A stretch of DNA of 62,972 bases from Phoronis australis (taxonomy: Eukaryota > Animalia > Phoronida), in the NCBI GenBank assembly GCA_002633005.1, contig NMRA01000167.1, positions 96,402 through 159,373 of the forward strand, given 5' to 3'. The notes below the pieces were generated by a model. The model was not told the origin of the DNA. It did no database searches and saw only the letters and a program-made list of their open reading frames with translations. The position numbers and the translations under genes were made by a program. Below are positions 39,785 through 54,066 of the stretch, piece by piece (position 1 is the stretch's first letter; each line of letters opens with the position of its first letter).

Positions 39785-42700
39785 CTACTTGGAGGCGTGA
39801 CAGCAGTAGAAGCAAGAATCCATCAACGATAATGACTATAGTTACACTTGTTCTCAAGTTGTTTGTAAATGATAGACTTGAAGTGATCTGTGGAGTAGCC
39901 AGTTCCCACATCACGAATTTTTCAGAGGTAGAAAACCGCAGTGTGCGATTGACTTATTATGTCGAAGGTAAGAGTCACTAGACACTTCGGACTGTCGGAC
40001 TGGTGCTGAACAATTCACAACAGCTCATTCGGCTATTCAAATTGCCTATCTTGTCTTTGTTGCATCATGCTACACAGCCGTAAAACTTTATTAACTTCAG
40101 AACGACAGAAATGGAAAACTATTCTCAATGCAAAATAGTGATTAGTACGACAACAGTGTACAAATGCTGGTCAAGTACGTATCCTATGGAGGCTCAGCAT
40201 TGTGGGTAAATACTGCAGAGGGCGCTGTTTTATTCTGGGAAGTAGCTATTGTGGAGAATGTGCCTAACTGTACAAAATATTTTCATGCTTTGTCGCAATG
40301 TAGTTAAACCGAGCTGAGGGGCTGGAGACCAAAGTCAAGGGTCTAACAGTGTTCCCCTGTGACACTCAAATTCACGACCTTGAGTAAGGGAAGTGGACAC
40401 TTGCTCCTCTGAGTCACACTGCCTCCTCCGATCTAACTGGAAAACTTCATAAATTATGCAAAAGTCTCAGCAATTTCGGACAACTAAAATGCCAAAATGA
40501 TCCTTTCAAGGGCTTTTAACATTGGTTTGGAAATCACTCAACATACATTTCTTCAAAACGTTATCTGTTATAGCTATGACACTTGAACACAGAATAGCGT
40601 TAAAATAAAATTTCACTCATCCGCCTTCTTGCGTCTTAAATTGGTGAGATTTTACTATTAGGGGGGAGGCAAAAAATTTCAGTGAGAATCGAGTGTCTCT
40701 GTGTAATATGGGATGGCCTTATTCCCGATCATGATGGCTGAGTGGAAGCTGAATTCATCATCAGAGTGGTCTCCCCTGATGACTGAGAATTAATGGGAAC
40801 TAAGATAAGAGGAAAGTTAGTAAGGTGGCAAAGCCATTCCGTAATTAGAATTTAGTCACCAGAATTATAGTTATTATCAATATTTTTGTTGTTTTGTAAT
40901 TAGCTGTCACAATTACTTTTGTCTTGTACTGTATGTAACAATTAACTTGTTTTCATAATAAGTTTAAGTAGTCCGTTCATGTACTAGCTGGATAGTGAGT
41001 TTTCCTCCCCCACGAACTACAAATTTAAGACATTCCCGTTGACAGTGGTCTTGTCTCAAAAACAAAATTCTGTCGTACGAGCTGTCTTTTTCTTTCACAT
41101 TGGATTTTTTTCTTGTCTGTGAACATGCTTCTTTTCACGGGCAACTCAGTTCTCAGTGGTCATATTAATGCATATGGTAACACTCCACCTACAGTACAAG
41201 ACAAAAGTAATCGCAAAGAATGTTTTCCAGTCATGACTGTTAATGCTGTTTACATAAAGAATTGCTGGAAATAACTTTTAGGACTTATTTGAATCTACAT
41301 GTATGCTGGAGCCAAACAAAACATGTGCTGAATGGAAGCAATGTACTGTTAGTCAGTCACAGGTTAGTGAATTGTCTTCATACTAGGGAACTTGAGGAAT
41401 TGAAGTTTCTGTTGCAGCATTCGAAGACTCAGGTGTCAACATGTATCGGGATGGGCATTTGATAAGTTTACTGCAATTGGTACCGTGATTAGTGGGATAA
41501 TTCACTGTGGCCCACCTTCTCCAACAACCCAATTCTGCTGTTTGTTTTTTTGCAAATCCTCTTTATTTTATATTTAATTACGAATATAAGCTTGCTAGTG
41601 TGTATGTTTTCAGTTGTTGAATAATGTGATAAATAATAAATTGTTGTTTTTTAAAACTTTGCTTATGGGGGACTGATATCTGATTGGAATTTTGTTAAAA
41701 AGTTTAACTTTTAGAGTTCTGGTGGTAAGCCAGAAATTCACCATACTGGGAAACAGATAAAGGGACACTATTTGAATACATGTATTGTATGCAGTCAAAT
41801 GGTTTGGAAATACGTGTTTCATGATCAGTTTTCCTACATTCTATGTATTTGGTTGAAATTCATTAAAACGTTTTATAACTTAATTTTATTGGTGAATTTT
41901 TTTCATTTTTTTAATACAATGAAAGTGAGTGGAAAGTTATGGAACACTTGGCGTGCTCGAACCATGAAAAGTCGTTGGAGGCCAAGATTTCCCAATGAAG
42001 AACTCTCACCCATTGCATGTGAGGATAGATGGCACAACGAACGATTACTTCGTAACAACAGGATAGGATTTTCGAGCAGGACTCCGGGTATTAAAACGTG
42101 TAGACCATCTGAGTCGAGAGATCTTTACATGTCTCTGTGTCGAAGACTGCCCTTGATATTACGAAAATTGGTCTTGGCGTACAGGGCAATTATCGCATTA
42201 ATAATAATTATAAAATATTAATAATAATAAACTTTATTAATAGAGCCTGATAAAATCCGGTACAGTTTAAAACATGCTTTAGCCATGGTGGTCTGCTCTG
42301 TGACAATTATTAACAGCGTACAACTGTTTTCAAATATCTTTTTCCGGAAATAAAAATTTTGTAAAATTCCAGTTTCTGACTTCGCCACTCTGCAGCCATT
42401 CAAAACTGAGCCACACGTGTACTTAACGATGTCATATTAGTCAAAATTAGAAAAGACACACTCCTTGCAAAATAACTTCCGCTTGCGGACAATATTTCGT
42501 TTGAGAAATGTCAGTCTGTAAGAAATCTTTAGAAAGGTTGCTGTTTTTATTAATTGTTGTTTCTTTTTGGATTTACGGCATCTTTTGAGTTTTTTCACAA
42601 ACGAGCTCAGATAATGACCCCTTATGGAAAAGATGCATTTTAAAAACAACTTCGGACAGCGGTTTGTGGAAAACGGAATGTTAAACATGCGAATTCGATT

Positions 42701-43322
42701 GAAGTCATTAAAGTTGTTAGTGGGCTGACTGTAACTGAAGGAAATCCATTCACGCGACTTTGAAGTAAAATTCTTCCGCTACTATTTCTTAAAGTTGCAT
42801 TTCGCCCCTTAGCTGTCATTGTCGAATTTACTGAAGCGGCTTCGGGGATCAAAACACTACCATGCTCACCGGAGCTTGTACCGATGGACGGCCGGCAACC
42901 ACTGGACTCCATGAGTCACTTGCTGCGTACATGCGCCACTTTCATTTAGCCAGGCCCCAATCGGGTCTAAATGAGCGTTTCTTAAGGTTGCTGATGGTTT
43001 CTATGTTCATGCTGGTCACGGAAACAAAATCGTAGCACAGGAAGGACTAGAGTCAGGCCGATTTACCGAGAAAGATTTTATTTTTTAACTTATCTAACTT
43101 TACCTGGCAAAATGCAACAGATTTCATTTTCAAAGTGTCGTTGCAGGCTTCGAACTCGTATTTTGCAGGTTACAGGTAAAAAAATGATGATGCTGATCCG
43201 AGAAAAAAAGAATAGGCGCCGTCGTATCCCCGGGACCCCCGACCGGCAAGCCTGAAGGCGAGTCAACCGCTAAGTTTGGGTAGGGATCGTTTCCTAGCTA
43301 GGCTAGGCTTTCCGACCTGGGC

Positions 43323-46300
43323 AAAATGAAAAGTGCGACCTCTTTTTATTAAAACTAGAATTGTGTCCTACTGATAGTTGCATGCCAGCTTGGTCGGAAA
43401 TGACTCACACCCGCGGACTCTGCTAGGCCATACAAGGGGAAAATGTTTGCCTTAATTCCAATCTCGGCAGTGTACTTTAGTCGTATCTGAGAAATGGAAC
43501 GGGGAAAAGGGTAAATCATACGAAAAATATACCAAAAGACATAAATTTTGTCGCCTGTTTCAAAAAGCTTCAAAAACAAGCGGGACGATCATCCCGCCAT
43601 GCAATTGACACCTACTTGAGGTAAGGAAAGCTTAAACTATTAAAGACTGATCGTGTTTATACGCATCTGAAAATAGTATCAAGTTTATTGGATTAACCGA
43701 CATTACAAAACCCGACTTCAGTAGGCCAATCATGTTTTGAAAAACCACCAACGGTCAATGCTTCGTAGCCTACTGGCTGGGCCACAAAACTGATCCGTTT
43801 ACTGCACCTGGGCTTTTCTGAATGGGTTCAGCTTTTGTTTCGGGTTTATGGAACAGAGATAGGAGTCAGTGATAACGGCGCTATCATATCCTTTTAGTAC
43901 TTGCAGCCCACTTCAGACACTGTGGACTATAAAATAAAAACTAAATCTGTCCGCATTACGGCGTTTTCCCGTTGCTGGCAACTTGTTCGATTCTATATCC
44001 CAACAACAAGTTGGGGAAAATGACCCCTGTGACCAATATCTCACACGACTGATTAACTCCATTCTGGCATTCAGTTCATGGTTGCTGGAGGGCCAGCCGG
44101 CTCTCTTTTGTTCGATAATTGCTCTACCAATAAGATATCTTATCTGTAGCCTGACTGGGCAGTACTGTTAAAAATAAAAGTCAAATGGTGATCATGTTTA
44201 GTTTTTGAATAGGCACTGAGATCGCCCAAGTGCAACCAAAGTTAATTACGACAATCTATTCTTTCCGAAGGTAGGTCTAGCTACCAGTCTGAGTTTGACT
44301 GTTCACACGTGGTCTGTAATAAGCCTGGTAGATACATGTAATTGGCCTGCCTGTTGTCATCGACAAACACCGTGCAGTTGACAAAGAAGCTAGACCCGTG
44401 CCGCTCACAGCCCTCACCGGCTCTCCGAAAGTCACTGAACCGGAAAACGCCTTCATGCATCGAAAATTGAACGCTTTCGTTGTTAATGAACTGCATAAAT
44501 CTGATGTAAAGAGAGCACACACCATTAGCAACTCAGCTGTATTTTGTACTTCGTCAAGAGGGGCCTATTATATAACGGCTTTTGCTGATCTAAAGCGGCG
44601 CACCATAGGGATGGGGGTCTATAGTGGTGCACCACAGGGGGGCTGCGCCTCCCATGTAGTTGTGCACACCAGCCGATTAATTACTGCTAAAGATGACTTC
44701 ACGGCAATCATGAAAACAATGGCTAAAATAAGCGATATATCGTAATAGGACTAAAACGATCGGATTTTTTTCTAAGTGTTCATGCTTCTGATTGGTTAAA
44801 GTTTAGTCGTAGGTGACTTTTTACCCAAACAAATGCGATAAAAGATTATCTAAAATGGATGCTAAAAGTTTCGGTTTCGTCTGCCGCAGTCAGATGAATA
44901 GTTTTTAGGACTGCTTGTGAGTCGATGCCGGCGGGGGCCAATGCACGGGAAGTTCCACTCATGGTGTTGAAACAATGGACAGGATTGAGGTCTGCAGTAG
45001 CGTCAGTTTATTAACTGCTGTCGCCTGGAGTCGGTTGAACCCAAACGGGAGGCTTGCAACAGCTATTTCTTTGTTGATATGTCCCAAACTCTACTGTAAC
45101 GACCGAGAAGTGATGAGGCGATTGACTTGATCATTGTCCACCACTGGTGCAGTATCAAGGAATATGAGAAGATTTCGATCATAGTAGTAGTAATAATCTT
45201 TATTTAAAAATCGGTGAGATTTAACAATGAAACGTTAGCACAAGTGCTATTATCCGACAAATTTAAATTCTACAAAATCATACAGAACTAAAATACCAGC
45301 TAATTCTACAGTACGGAGAATATACAGAAATTAAACATAAACATAAATATAAAAGTACACATACATGTTACGTGTAGACATCCGTATCAGTTTTCACACG
45401 AGCAGATCTCAGAGAAAAAATCATGAGCAAGAGTGGCAAATTCATTTAAGGCAGTACATTGTCTCATTACTGATGGCAATGAATTAAACAGCAAAGTACC
45501 CGTAAGTCATCGTTAAAGCGTTTCACATAGAGACAGTTTTCACCTCTCAGTGAGACCGTATCCAGACTCTCTAAATTCAAGCTTTCCTGAGAAAGGACAG
45601 GGTCCAATAATATGAACATTTTTGAATACTTCAATAGATAAACATTTCATCCGCCAACTAGTTAGAGAGCAGCTCCTAGCCTTATCTAAGAGTTGTGAGT
45701 AGCTTGACTCGCTGTCATTGAACACAAATTTTAAAGCACGGTGTTTTCCATTTTCACATAAATTTTCATTTAAAATTTTATCAAAATGTAGTTTCAATTG
45801 GTCTAGAATAAGTCGTTCAAAAACTTGGTTGACAGCAATTAGCACACTAACTTGTCCATAACAGGATTTATCCATTCGGTCCCCTTTCTTAAATACTGGG
45901 CTAACCTGACTTTTTTCAACATAGAGGGAGGTTATTTGTTGAATATGGGTGTTAGGGACTTGCATATTGCATGAGCGCAATACTTGAGGAATCTCGGATG
46001 TAATGAGTCATAACCCATCGATTTACTGCCCTTAAGCTTTCACAGGACGTCGTTTTCAGTGACAATTGAGAAGCTGAAGACCCTTTGAATCGATCCTTCT
46101 TCACTTTTGGAGAGAATCGAGGTGACACTCTGATGAGAAGTATAATCATTGTAAGAATTTACATTTGGAAACTGGGAACTGATTGATTCCACTGATTCAA
46201 AAAGTAACTATTAAAGATTTCAGCTACCTTATCAGAATCCGTGACAACTGGACTATTTTCATACAACGTTATCCAATTTCTGTCTGTTCCTTCACATAAA

Positions 46301-47407
46301 AAGGCTTAACATTGTCCCAGAAGTGCTTTGAATTGCACGAGTTTTTGATGTCACTCACTGTTTGGAAATACTGGCATATGGATTTTCTTTTCAATTTAGT
46401 GACTACTGAGATTTCGCTGGGATCTATAATTCTCCCAGTTTTCATCACTTCTGTATTTAAAGTAGCGGCGTCTGAGCAATCCCTTGACATTTATGGCTCT
46501 TAAGTTCGCCATTCATGGACAGGAAGCTTCCTTAGGACCTTGGTCTTCATTGGAGCATGAAAGTCAATTACCGTCTCAGGAGCTCATTATGAAACCATAA
46601 AGCATCATCAGTATCATCAAAAATGTTGGCTAGGCTACATGAAAGGGTGCTACCTCAAGCTCCCTATTGTAGTCATTATCATCACGATTTCATGGAGCGG
46701 TAAAAAAATTTTCCGGGTTGATATTGCGAAATTTGGACTTTGGCAATACCACCAACAACATGATGAAAACCACTTTCACCCGAATCATAATTCAAGATTC
46801 GAACTTGTCTTCTAGGTTTGTTAGTTAGGATAACACGTGGGTTCCTTGACAACACTTTTTAGACCATAGACATCCATGAAATCGTTTAGTGCATTATTAC
46901 AAAGCATGTTCACATTCATATCTCCTATGAGAAAGATCGTGTCACTCTCTAGTTGGACTCTACTCAAGACAGTATCAATATATGTGAACACTGAGAGTCT
47001 GCGGTGGTTTATATATACATATGAAGAACGGCACTTATCTCTCTCTCTTAATGACAACTTCCAGAACAAGACATTCCACATTTCCGTGGGTACATTCCAG
47101 GTCTTGCCTTTGCTTATGTCCCAAATCACTTGACATAAGACAAAATACCACCACCCTGTCTACTTCTATCATTTCTATGTAGTAGGGCCTATATAGTTAG
47201 GGACAGTGAGAAAATTGTGCCGTCAGGCAAAGGACTCCCGCCGGCGTCAAGCTTTGTTTCAGAGAAAAAACTTAAATCTACATGAGAGATGAGAGATTCT
47301 GCAATTTCATCAAATTTTGAGGAAAATGATATTAAGGTGAGTGAAGATAAAGTTCTTTTCGTAATCCTTTCTCAACTGACGCCGTAGCAAGTTTGTGTGT
47401 GTTGCAC
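43323..47407 (+). repeat. ~4.1 kb direct duplication, copy 1
   Basis: Colinear with 49119-53196 from aaaatgaaaagtgcgacctc to gtgtgtgttgca, with scattered substitutions and indels. Confidence 0.92.
45182..47400 (-). mobile_element. Decayed non-LTR retrotransposon (CR1/L2-like LINE; APE endonuclease + partial RT), copy 1
   Basis: Frameshifted fragments: TIFLIGDMNVNML...KEPTC (endonuclease), KHFWDNVKPF, VSPVFKKGDRMDKSCYGQVSVL (RT start), KHRALKFVF...SYSQLL (post-RT); 3' AATAAA followed by an (ATT)/(ACT)n tail at 45182-45204. Confidence 0.85.
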
Positions 47408-47815
47408 TACATAACGCTAAACCCTCGTGAGAGACCGCCCCGAGTTGGCTGCTGGAGCAACTCGGGGCGGTCTGGGATCAAGCGGAAAAACCACAGGGTA
47501 AATCTGTGGTCGACGAATCTATTCGGTCGATTACATTTTATTGCCCGTGAAGCCGCTAAGGCCGGCTGCCTGAAGAAATATGACTCGCGCGTTTGTATTT
47601 TCGCCTTTTTCAATGACATGTAAAAGATTCATCAACAAATTCTTCGTATAATTCTGAAAACAAGCGTTTTCCTCCCACGAAAATCGATGAAGTTTTGGCC
47701 GAGATATTTCACTTTCAGTCCAGGCTAGCCCTGCACACTCAGAGAATCGTCACACAAGATTACTACGCGGTAATGCGGTTTCACTGTCAACAAAGGAAGA
47801 CGTCAAAATCGACTT

Positions 47816-48560
47816 NNNNNNNNNNNNNNNNNNNNNNNNNNNNNNNNNNNNNNNNNNNNNNNNNNNNNNNNNNNNNNNNNNNNNNNNNNNNNNNNNNNNN
47901 NNNNNNNNNNNNNNNNNNNNNNNNNNNNNNNNNNNNNNNNNNNNNNNNNNNNNNNNNNNNNNNNNNNNNNNNNNNNNNNNNNNNNNNNNNNNNNNNNNNN
48001 NNNNNNNNNNNNNNNNNNNNNNNNNNNNNNNNNNNNNNNNNNNNNNNNNNNNNNNNNNNNNNNNNNNNNNNNNNNNNNNNNNNNNNNNNNNNNNNNNNNN
48101 NNNNNNNNNNNNNNNNNNNNNNNNNNNNNNNNNNNNNNNNNNNNNNNNNNNNNNNNNNNNNNNNNNNNNNNNNNNNNNNNNNNNNNNNNNNNNNNNNNNN
48201 NNNNNNNNNNNNNNNNNNNNNNNNNNNNNNNNNNNNNNNNNNNNNNNNNNNNNNNNNNNNNNNNNNNNNNNNNNNNNNNNNNNNNNNNNNNNNNNNNNNN
48301 NNNNNNNNNNNNNNNNNNNNNNNNNNNNNNNNNNNNNNNNNNNNNNNNNNNNNNNNNNNNNNNNNNNNNNNNNNNNNNNNNNNNNNNNNNNNNNNNNNNN
48401 NNNNNNNNNNNNNNNNNNNNNNNNNNNNNNNNNNNNNNNNNNNNNNNNNNNNNNNNNNNNNNNNNNNNNNNNNNNNNNNNNNNNNNNNNNNNNNNNNNNN
48501 NNNNNNNNNNNNNNNNNNNNNNNNNNNNNNNNNNNNNNNNNNNNNNNNNNNNNNNNNNNN
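47816..48560. other. Assembly gap (N run)
   Basis: Ns between the two duplication copies. Confidence 1.
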
Positions 48561-49117
48561 GTTGAGTAGTCAGAAAGTATACCACCGTATTTGGTGGCCT
48601 GTTTACGGTCGTATAAGTAGTTTCTAAACCAAAGGAGTTCGTTATCATTAACTCCATATGACTCTAGTTTCTGCAATAGGATACCATGGTCCACAGTGTC
48701 AAAGGCTTTCTTAAGGTCAACAAAGACAGCACCAGTTAGCTTCCCCTGATCCATATTATTAAAGATAAACTCAGTAGCATGAATATTTGTAGTAAGAGTG
48801 GAATGCAAGGGGCGGAAACCAGACTGTGCTGCCGAGAGAAGGGAATTTTGCTCCAGGAACTGGTGAAGCTGCTTTTGAACACACCTTTCAAGAATTTTGG
48901 ACACTGCAGGGAGGACCGATATTGGTCTATAATTTTCGCAACTTGACTTTTCACCATCTTTAAAAACAGGAGTAACAACTGCCATCTTCCATTCTCTAGG
49001 AATTGTGGCCGTTTTTAAACTTAAATTCATGATGTTGGTAAGGGGCTCAGCTATTTGTTGAGACGCCAGTTTTAATAGTTTGGCATCAATGCTATCGATG
49101 CCACTGGCACTACTAGA
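48561..49117 (-). mobile_element. Open reverse-transcriptase fragment of a different CR1/L2-group LINE (runs into an assembly gap)
   Basis: Stop-free SGIDSIDAKLLK...IPREWKMAVVTPVFKDG...NYRPISVLPAVSKILE...QSGFRPLHST...VFVDLKKAFDTVDHGILLQKL...WFRNYL. Confidence 0.92.
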
Positions 49118-49118
49118 G

Positions 49119-52100
49119 AAAATGAAAAGTGCGACCTCTTTTTATTAAAACTAGAATTGTGTCCTACTGATAGTTGCATGCCAGCTTGGTCGGAAATGAC
49201 TCACACCCGCGGACTCTAGGCCATACAAAGGGAAAATGTTTGCCTTAATTCCAGTCTCTCGGCAGTGTACTTTAGTCGTATCTGAGAAATGGAACGGGGA
49301 AAAGGGTAAATCATACGGAAAATATACCAAAAGACATAAATTTTGTCGCCTGTTTCAAAAAGCTTCAAAAACAAGCGGGACGATCATCCCGCCATGCAAT
49401 TGACACCTACTTGAAGTTAGGAAAGCTTAAACTATTAAAGACTGATCGTGTTCATACTCATCTGAAAATAGTATCAAGTTAATTGGATTAACCGACATTA
49501 CAAAACCCGACTTCAGTAGGCCAATCATGTTTTGAAAAACCACCAACGGTCAATGCTTCGTAGCCTACTGGTTGGGCCACAAAACTGATCCGTTTACTGC
49601 ACCTGGGCTTTTCTGAATGGGTTCAGCTTTTGTTTCGGGTTTATGGAACAGAGATAGGAGTCAGTGATAACGGCGCTATCATATCCTTTTAGTACTTGCA
49701 GCCCACTTCAGACACTGGTGGACTATAAAATAAAAACTTAATCTGTCCGCGCATTACGGCGTTTTCCCGTTGCTCCCAACTTGTTCGATTCTATATCCCA
49801 ACAACAAGTTGGGAAGATGACCCCTGTAGCCAATATCTCACACGACTTATTAACTCCATTCTGGCATTCATGGTTGCCGGAGGGCCAGCTCTCTTTTGTT
49901 CGATAATTGCTCTGACTGGGCTGTGCTGTTAAAAATAAAAGTCAAATGGTGATCATGTTTAGTTTTTGAATCGGCACTGAGATCGCCCAAGTGCAACCAA
50001 AGTTACGACAATCTATTCTTTCCGAAAGTAGGTCTAGCTACCAGTCTTGAGTTTGACTGTTCACACGTGGTCTGTAATAAGCCAGGTAGATAATTAAATT
50101 GGCCTGCCTGTTGTCATCGACAAACACCGTGCAGTTGACAAAGAAGCTAGACCGTGACGCTCACAACCCTCTCCGAAAGTCACTGAACAGGAAAACGCCT
50201 TCATGCAGCGAAAATTGAACGCTTTCGTTGTTAATGAACTGCATAAATCTGATGTAAAGAGAGCGCACACCATTAGCAACTCAGCTGTATTTTGTACTTC
50301 GTCAAGAGGGGCCTATTATATAACGGCTTTTGCTGATCTAAAGCGGCGCACCATAGGGATGGGGGTCTATAGTGGTGCACCACAGGGGGGCTGCGCCTCC
50401 CATGTAGTTGTGCACACCAGCCGATTAATTACTGCTAGCGATGACTTCACGGCAATCATGAAAACAATGGCTAAAATAAGCGATATATCGTAATAGGACT
50501 AAAACGATGATTTTTTCTAAGTGTTCAATCGACATGCTTCTGATTGGTTAAAGTTTAGTCGTAGGTGACTTTTTACCCAAACAAATGCGATAAAAGATTA
50601 TCTAAAATCAGATGCTAAAAGTTTCGGTTTCGTCTGCCGCAGTCAGATGAATAGTTTTTAGGACTACTTGTGAGTCGATGCCGGCGGGGGCCAATGCACG
50701 GGAAGTTCCACTCATGGTGTTGAATCAATGGACAGGATTGAGGTCTGCAGTAGCGTCAGTTTATCAACTGCTGTCGCCTGGAGTTGAACCCAAACGGGAG
50801 GCTTGCAACAGCTATTTCTTTGTTGATGTGTCCCAAACTCTACTGTAACGACCGAGAAGTGGTGAGGCGATTGACTTGATCATTGTCCACCACTGGTGAA
50901 GTATCAAGGAATATGAGAAGATTTCGATCATAGTAGTAGTAATAATCTTTATTTAAAAATCGGTGAGATTTAACAATGAAACGTTAGCACAAGTGCTGTT
51001 ATCCGACAAATTTAAATTCTACAAAATCATACAGAACTAAAATACCAGCTAATTCTACAGTACGGAGAATATACAGAACTTAAACATAAATATAAATATA
51101 AATACAAAAGTACACATACAAGTTACGTGTAGACATCCGTATCTGTTTTCACAAGAGCAGATCTCAGAGAAAAAATCATGAGCAAGAGTGGCAAATTCAT
51201 TTAAGGCAGTACGTTGTCTCATTACTGATGGCAATGAATTCCACAGCAAAGTACCCGTAAGTAATCGTATTATAAAAGCGTTTCACATAGAGACAGTTTT
51301 CACCTCTGAGACCGTATCCAGATTCTCTAAATTCAAGTTTTCCTGACAAAGGACAGGGTCCAATAATATGAACATTTTTAAATACTTCAATAGATAAGCA
51401 TTTCATCCGCCATCTAGTTAGAGAGCAGCTCCTAGCCTTATCTAAGAGTTGTGAGTAGCTTGACTCGCTGTCCTTGAATACAGATTTTAAAGCACGGTGT
51501 TGTATCTTTTCCATTTTCACATAAATTTTCATTTAAAATTTCATCAAAATGTAGTTTCAATTGGTCTAGAATAAGTCGTTCAAAAACTTGTTGACAGCAA
51601 TTAGCACACTAACTTGTCCATAACAGGATTTATCCATTCGGTCCCCTTTCTTAAATACTGGGCTAACCTGACTTTTTTCAACATAGAGGGAGGCTATACA
51701 CTTGTTGAATATGGGTGTTAGGGACTTGCATATTGCATGAGCGCTTTACTTGAGGAATCTCGGATGTAATGAGTCATAACCCATCGATTTATTGCATGTA
51801 ATGCCCTTAAGCTTACACGCAGGACGTCGTTTTCAGTGACAATTGAGAAGCTGAGGACCCTTTGAATCGATCCTTCTTCACTTTCGGAGAGAATCGAGGT
51901 GACACTCTGATGAGAAGTATAATCATTGTAAGAATTTACATTTGGAAACTGGGAACTGATTGATTTCACTGATTCAGGCAAAAAGTAACTATTAAAGATT
52001 TCAGCTACCTTATCAGCATCCGTGACAACTTGACCATTTTCATACAACGTTATCCCATTTCTGTCTGTTCCTTCACATAAAAAACGCTTAACATTGTCCC

Positions 52101-53196
52101 AGAAGAGCTTTGAATTGCACGAGTTTTTGATGTCACTGTTTGTTTGGAAATACTGGCATATGGAGTTTCTCTTCAATTAGTGACTAGATTTCGCTGGGAT
52201 CTATAATTCTCCCAATTTTCAGCATTTCTGTATTTAAAGTAGCAGCGTCTGAGCAATCCCTTGACATTTATGGCTCTTCTAAGTTCGCCATTCATATAAG
52301 GGACAGGAAGCTTCCTTAGGACCTTGGTCTTCATTGGAGCATGAAAGTCAATTACCCCCTGAGGAGCTCATTATGAAACCACAAAGCATCATCAGTATCA
52401 TCAAAAATGTTGGCTACATGAAAGGGTGCTACCTCAAGCTCCCTATTGTAGTCATTTATGACGATTTCATGGAGCGGTAAAAAAATTTTCTGGGTTGATG
52501 TTGCGAAATTTGGACTTTGGCAATACCACCAAGAACATGATGAAAACCACTTTCACCCGAATCATAATTCAAGATTCGAACTAGTCTTCTAGGTTTGTTA
52601 GTTAGGATAACATCTAGAAGAGAGGGTTGGCCCGGCCTTGAAACACGTGGGTTCCTTGACAACACTTTTTAGACCATCGGACATCCATGAAATCGTTTAC
52701 TGCATTATTACAAAGCATGTTCACATTCATGTCTCCTATGAGAAAGATCGTGTCACTCTCTAGTTGGACTCTACTCAAGACAGTATCAATACATGTCAAC
52801 AGATCTACATTTTTCAGTGCGGCAGTTTCAGTAGGCCCTATATATACATAATGAAGAACCACTTATCTCTCTTAATGACAACTTACAGGACAAGACATTC
52901 CACATTTCCGTGGGTACATTCCAGGTCTTGCCTTCGCTTATGTCCCACATCACCTCTGACAAAATACCACCACCATGTCTGCTTCTATCCGCTGTAGTAT
53001 ATAATGAAAAATTGTGCTGAGGCAAAGGACTCGTCAAGGTTTGTTTCAGAGAAAAACTTAAATCTACATGAGAGATGAGAGATTCTGCAACTTCATCAAA
53101 TTTTGAGGAAAATGAATTGATATTAAGGTGAGTGAAAATAAAGTTCTGTTTGTAATCCTTTGTCAGTCAACGCCGTAACATTTGTGTGTGTGTTGC
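49119..53196 (+). repeat. ~4.1 kb direct duplication, copy 2
   Basis: Colinear with 43323-47407. Confidence 0.92.
50931..53190 (-). mobile_element. Decayed CR1/L2-like LINE, copy 2
   Basis: DRSRHGGGIL, FLIGDMNVN, SLLDVILTNKP, KLFWDNVK, KVAEIFNSYF, EKIQHRALKSVF, LWNSLP; same 3' tail as copy 1. Confidence 0.85.
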
Positions 53197-54066
53197 ATTA
53201 TCTCTACTCAGGGTCCCTAAAGAGTTTAAGGGGAGGTTTGTTATTGTGGATCTAGCTTATATCAAGCAAGAACATTGATAATACCATTCCATTTTTATAC
53301 TCATTATCCATTTTTATGCATGCCCAAAAACTTATCGAAACTGAAAATTGCCGCCCATCCTAGCCATCTTTGTGCTAGCGGCACAACTACTCCGTGGGCT
53401 CATTGCTTCCCCACTTGGTGGCGCTAACACATTCCCGCATCTGGGAGGATACTGACCTAATGACCTACTTTTCAGGAAGTGACAAGGTGAGTTTCACTTG
53501 GGCGTTTCTGCTGTTGGTGTTTGAAGTTGCAGCTCTAGCCCTTTGTTTCTTCATTGCCGAGAGTAGTTTTTTGGTGATTATTGTCTCTTTTGACTGGTAT
53601 TGTTTCGTTCCAATGACTGTCTTTGTAAAATAACTACCCGTGAGACTCAGAATTAGTTCTCAAGCTCTGCACATTTACCGGCTAAGAGTAGACTAAATCC
53701 ATACTAAACTTTGTCACGTCTTTGCAGTTTTTGCTTACGCACCGCCATGCTAAAAATGCTGATAAATCCGCCACCGGATTCTCTAATAGTTTAAACGGTG
53801 CGTGTTAGCGGTCCCGCTTAACGCCTGGCGCTGTCTACAAATGGCATACGCGTCTGAAAATGTGTTGGCGTATCGCTGAACATTGCGTTCATCAGACATT
53901 CGCAGCCATTCGAGCGGTGCAGTACCGGACCTGGCTAGACAGTGACCACTGTCTCTAGCTGGCCCCTGTAAAGGCGGTGAAACTTCTATAGGAGCATCAT
54001 ACGACTGAAGCTTGAATTATTCCTCACAATGATTAAAACATCAAGGTCACCTTGTTATTAAAGTAC

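Noticed and set aside
41772-42221. 149-aa ORF downstream of ULK3
   Set aside because: No recognisable protein features; likely UTR or intergenic chance ORF.
44398-44745. ORF conserved in both duplication copies (also 50203-50493)
   Set aside because: No recognisable domain or splice structure; conservation is explained by the recent duplication.
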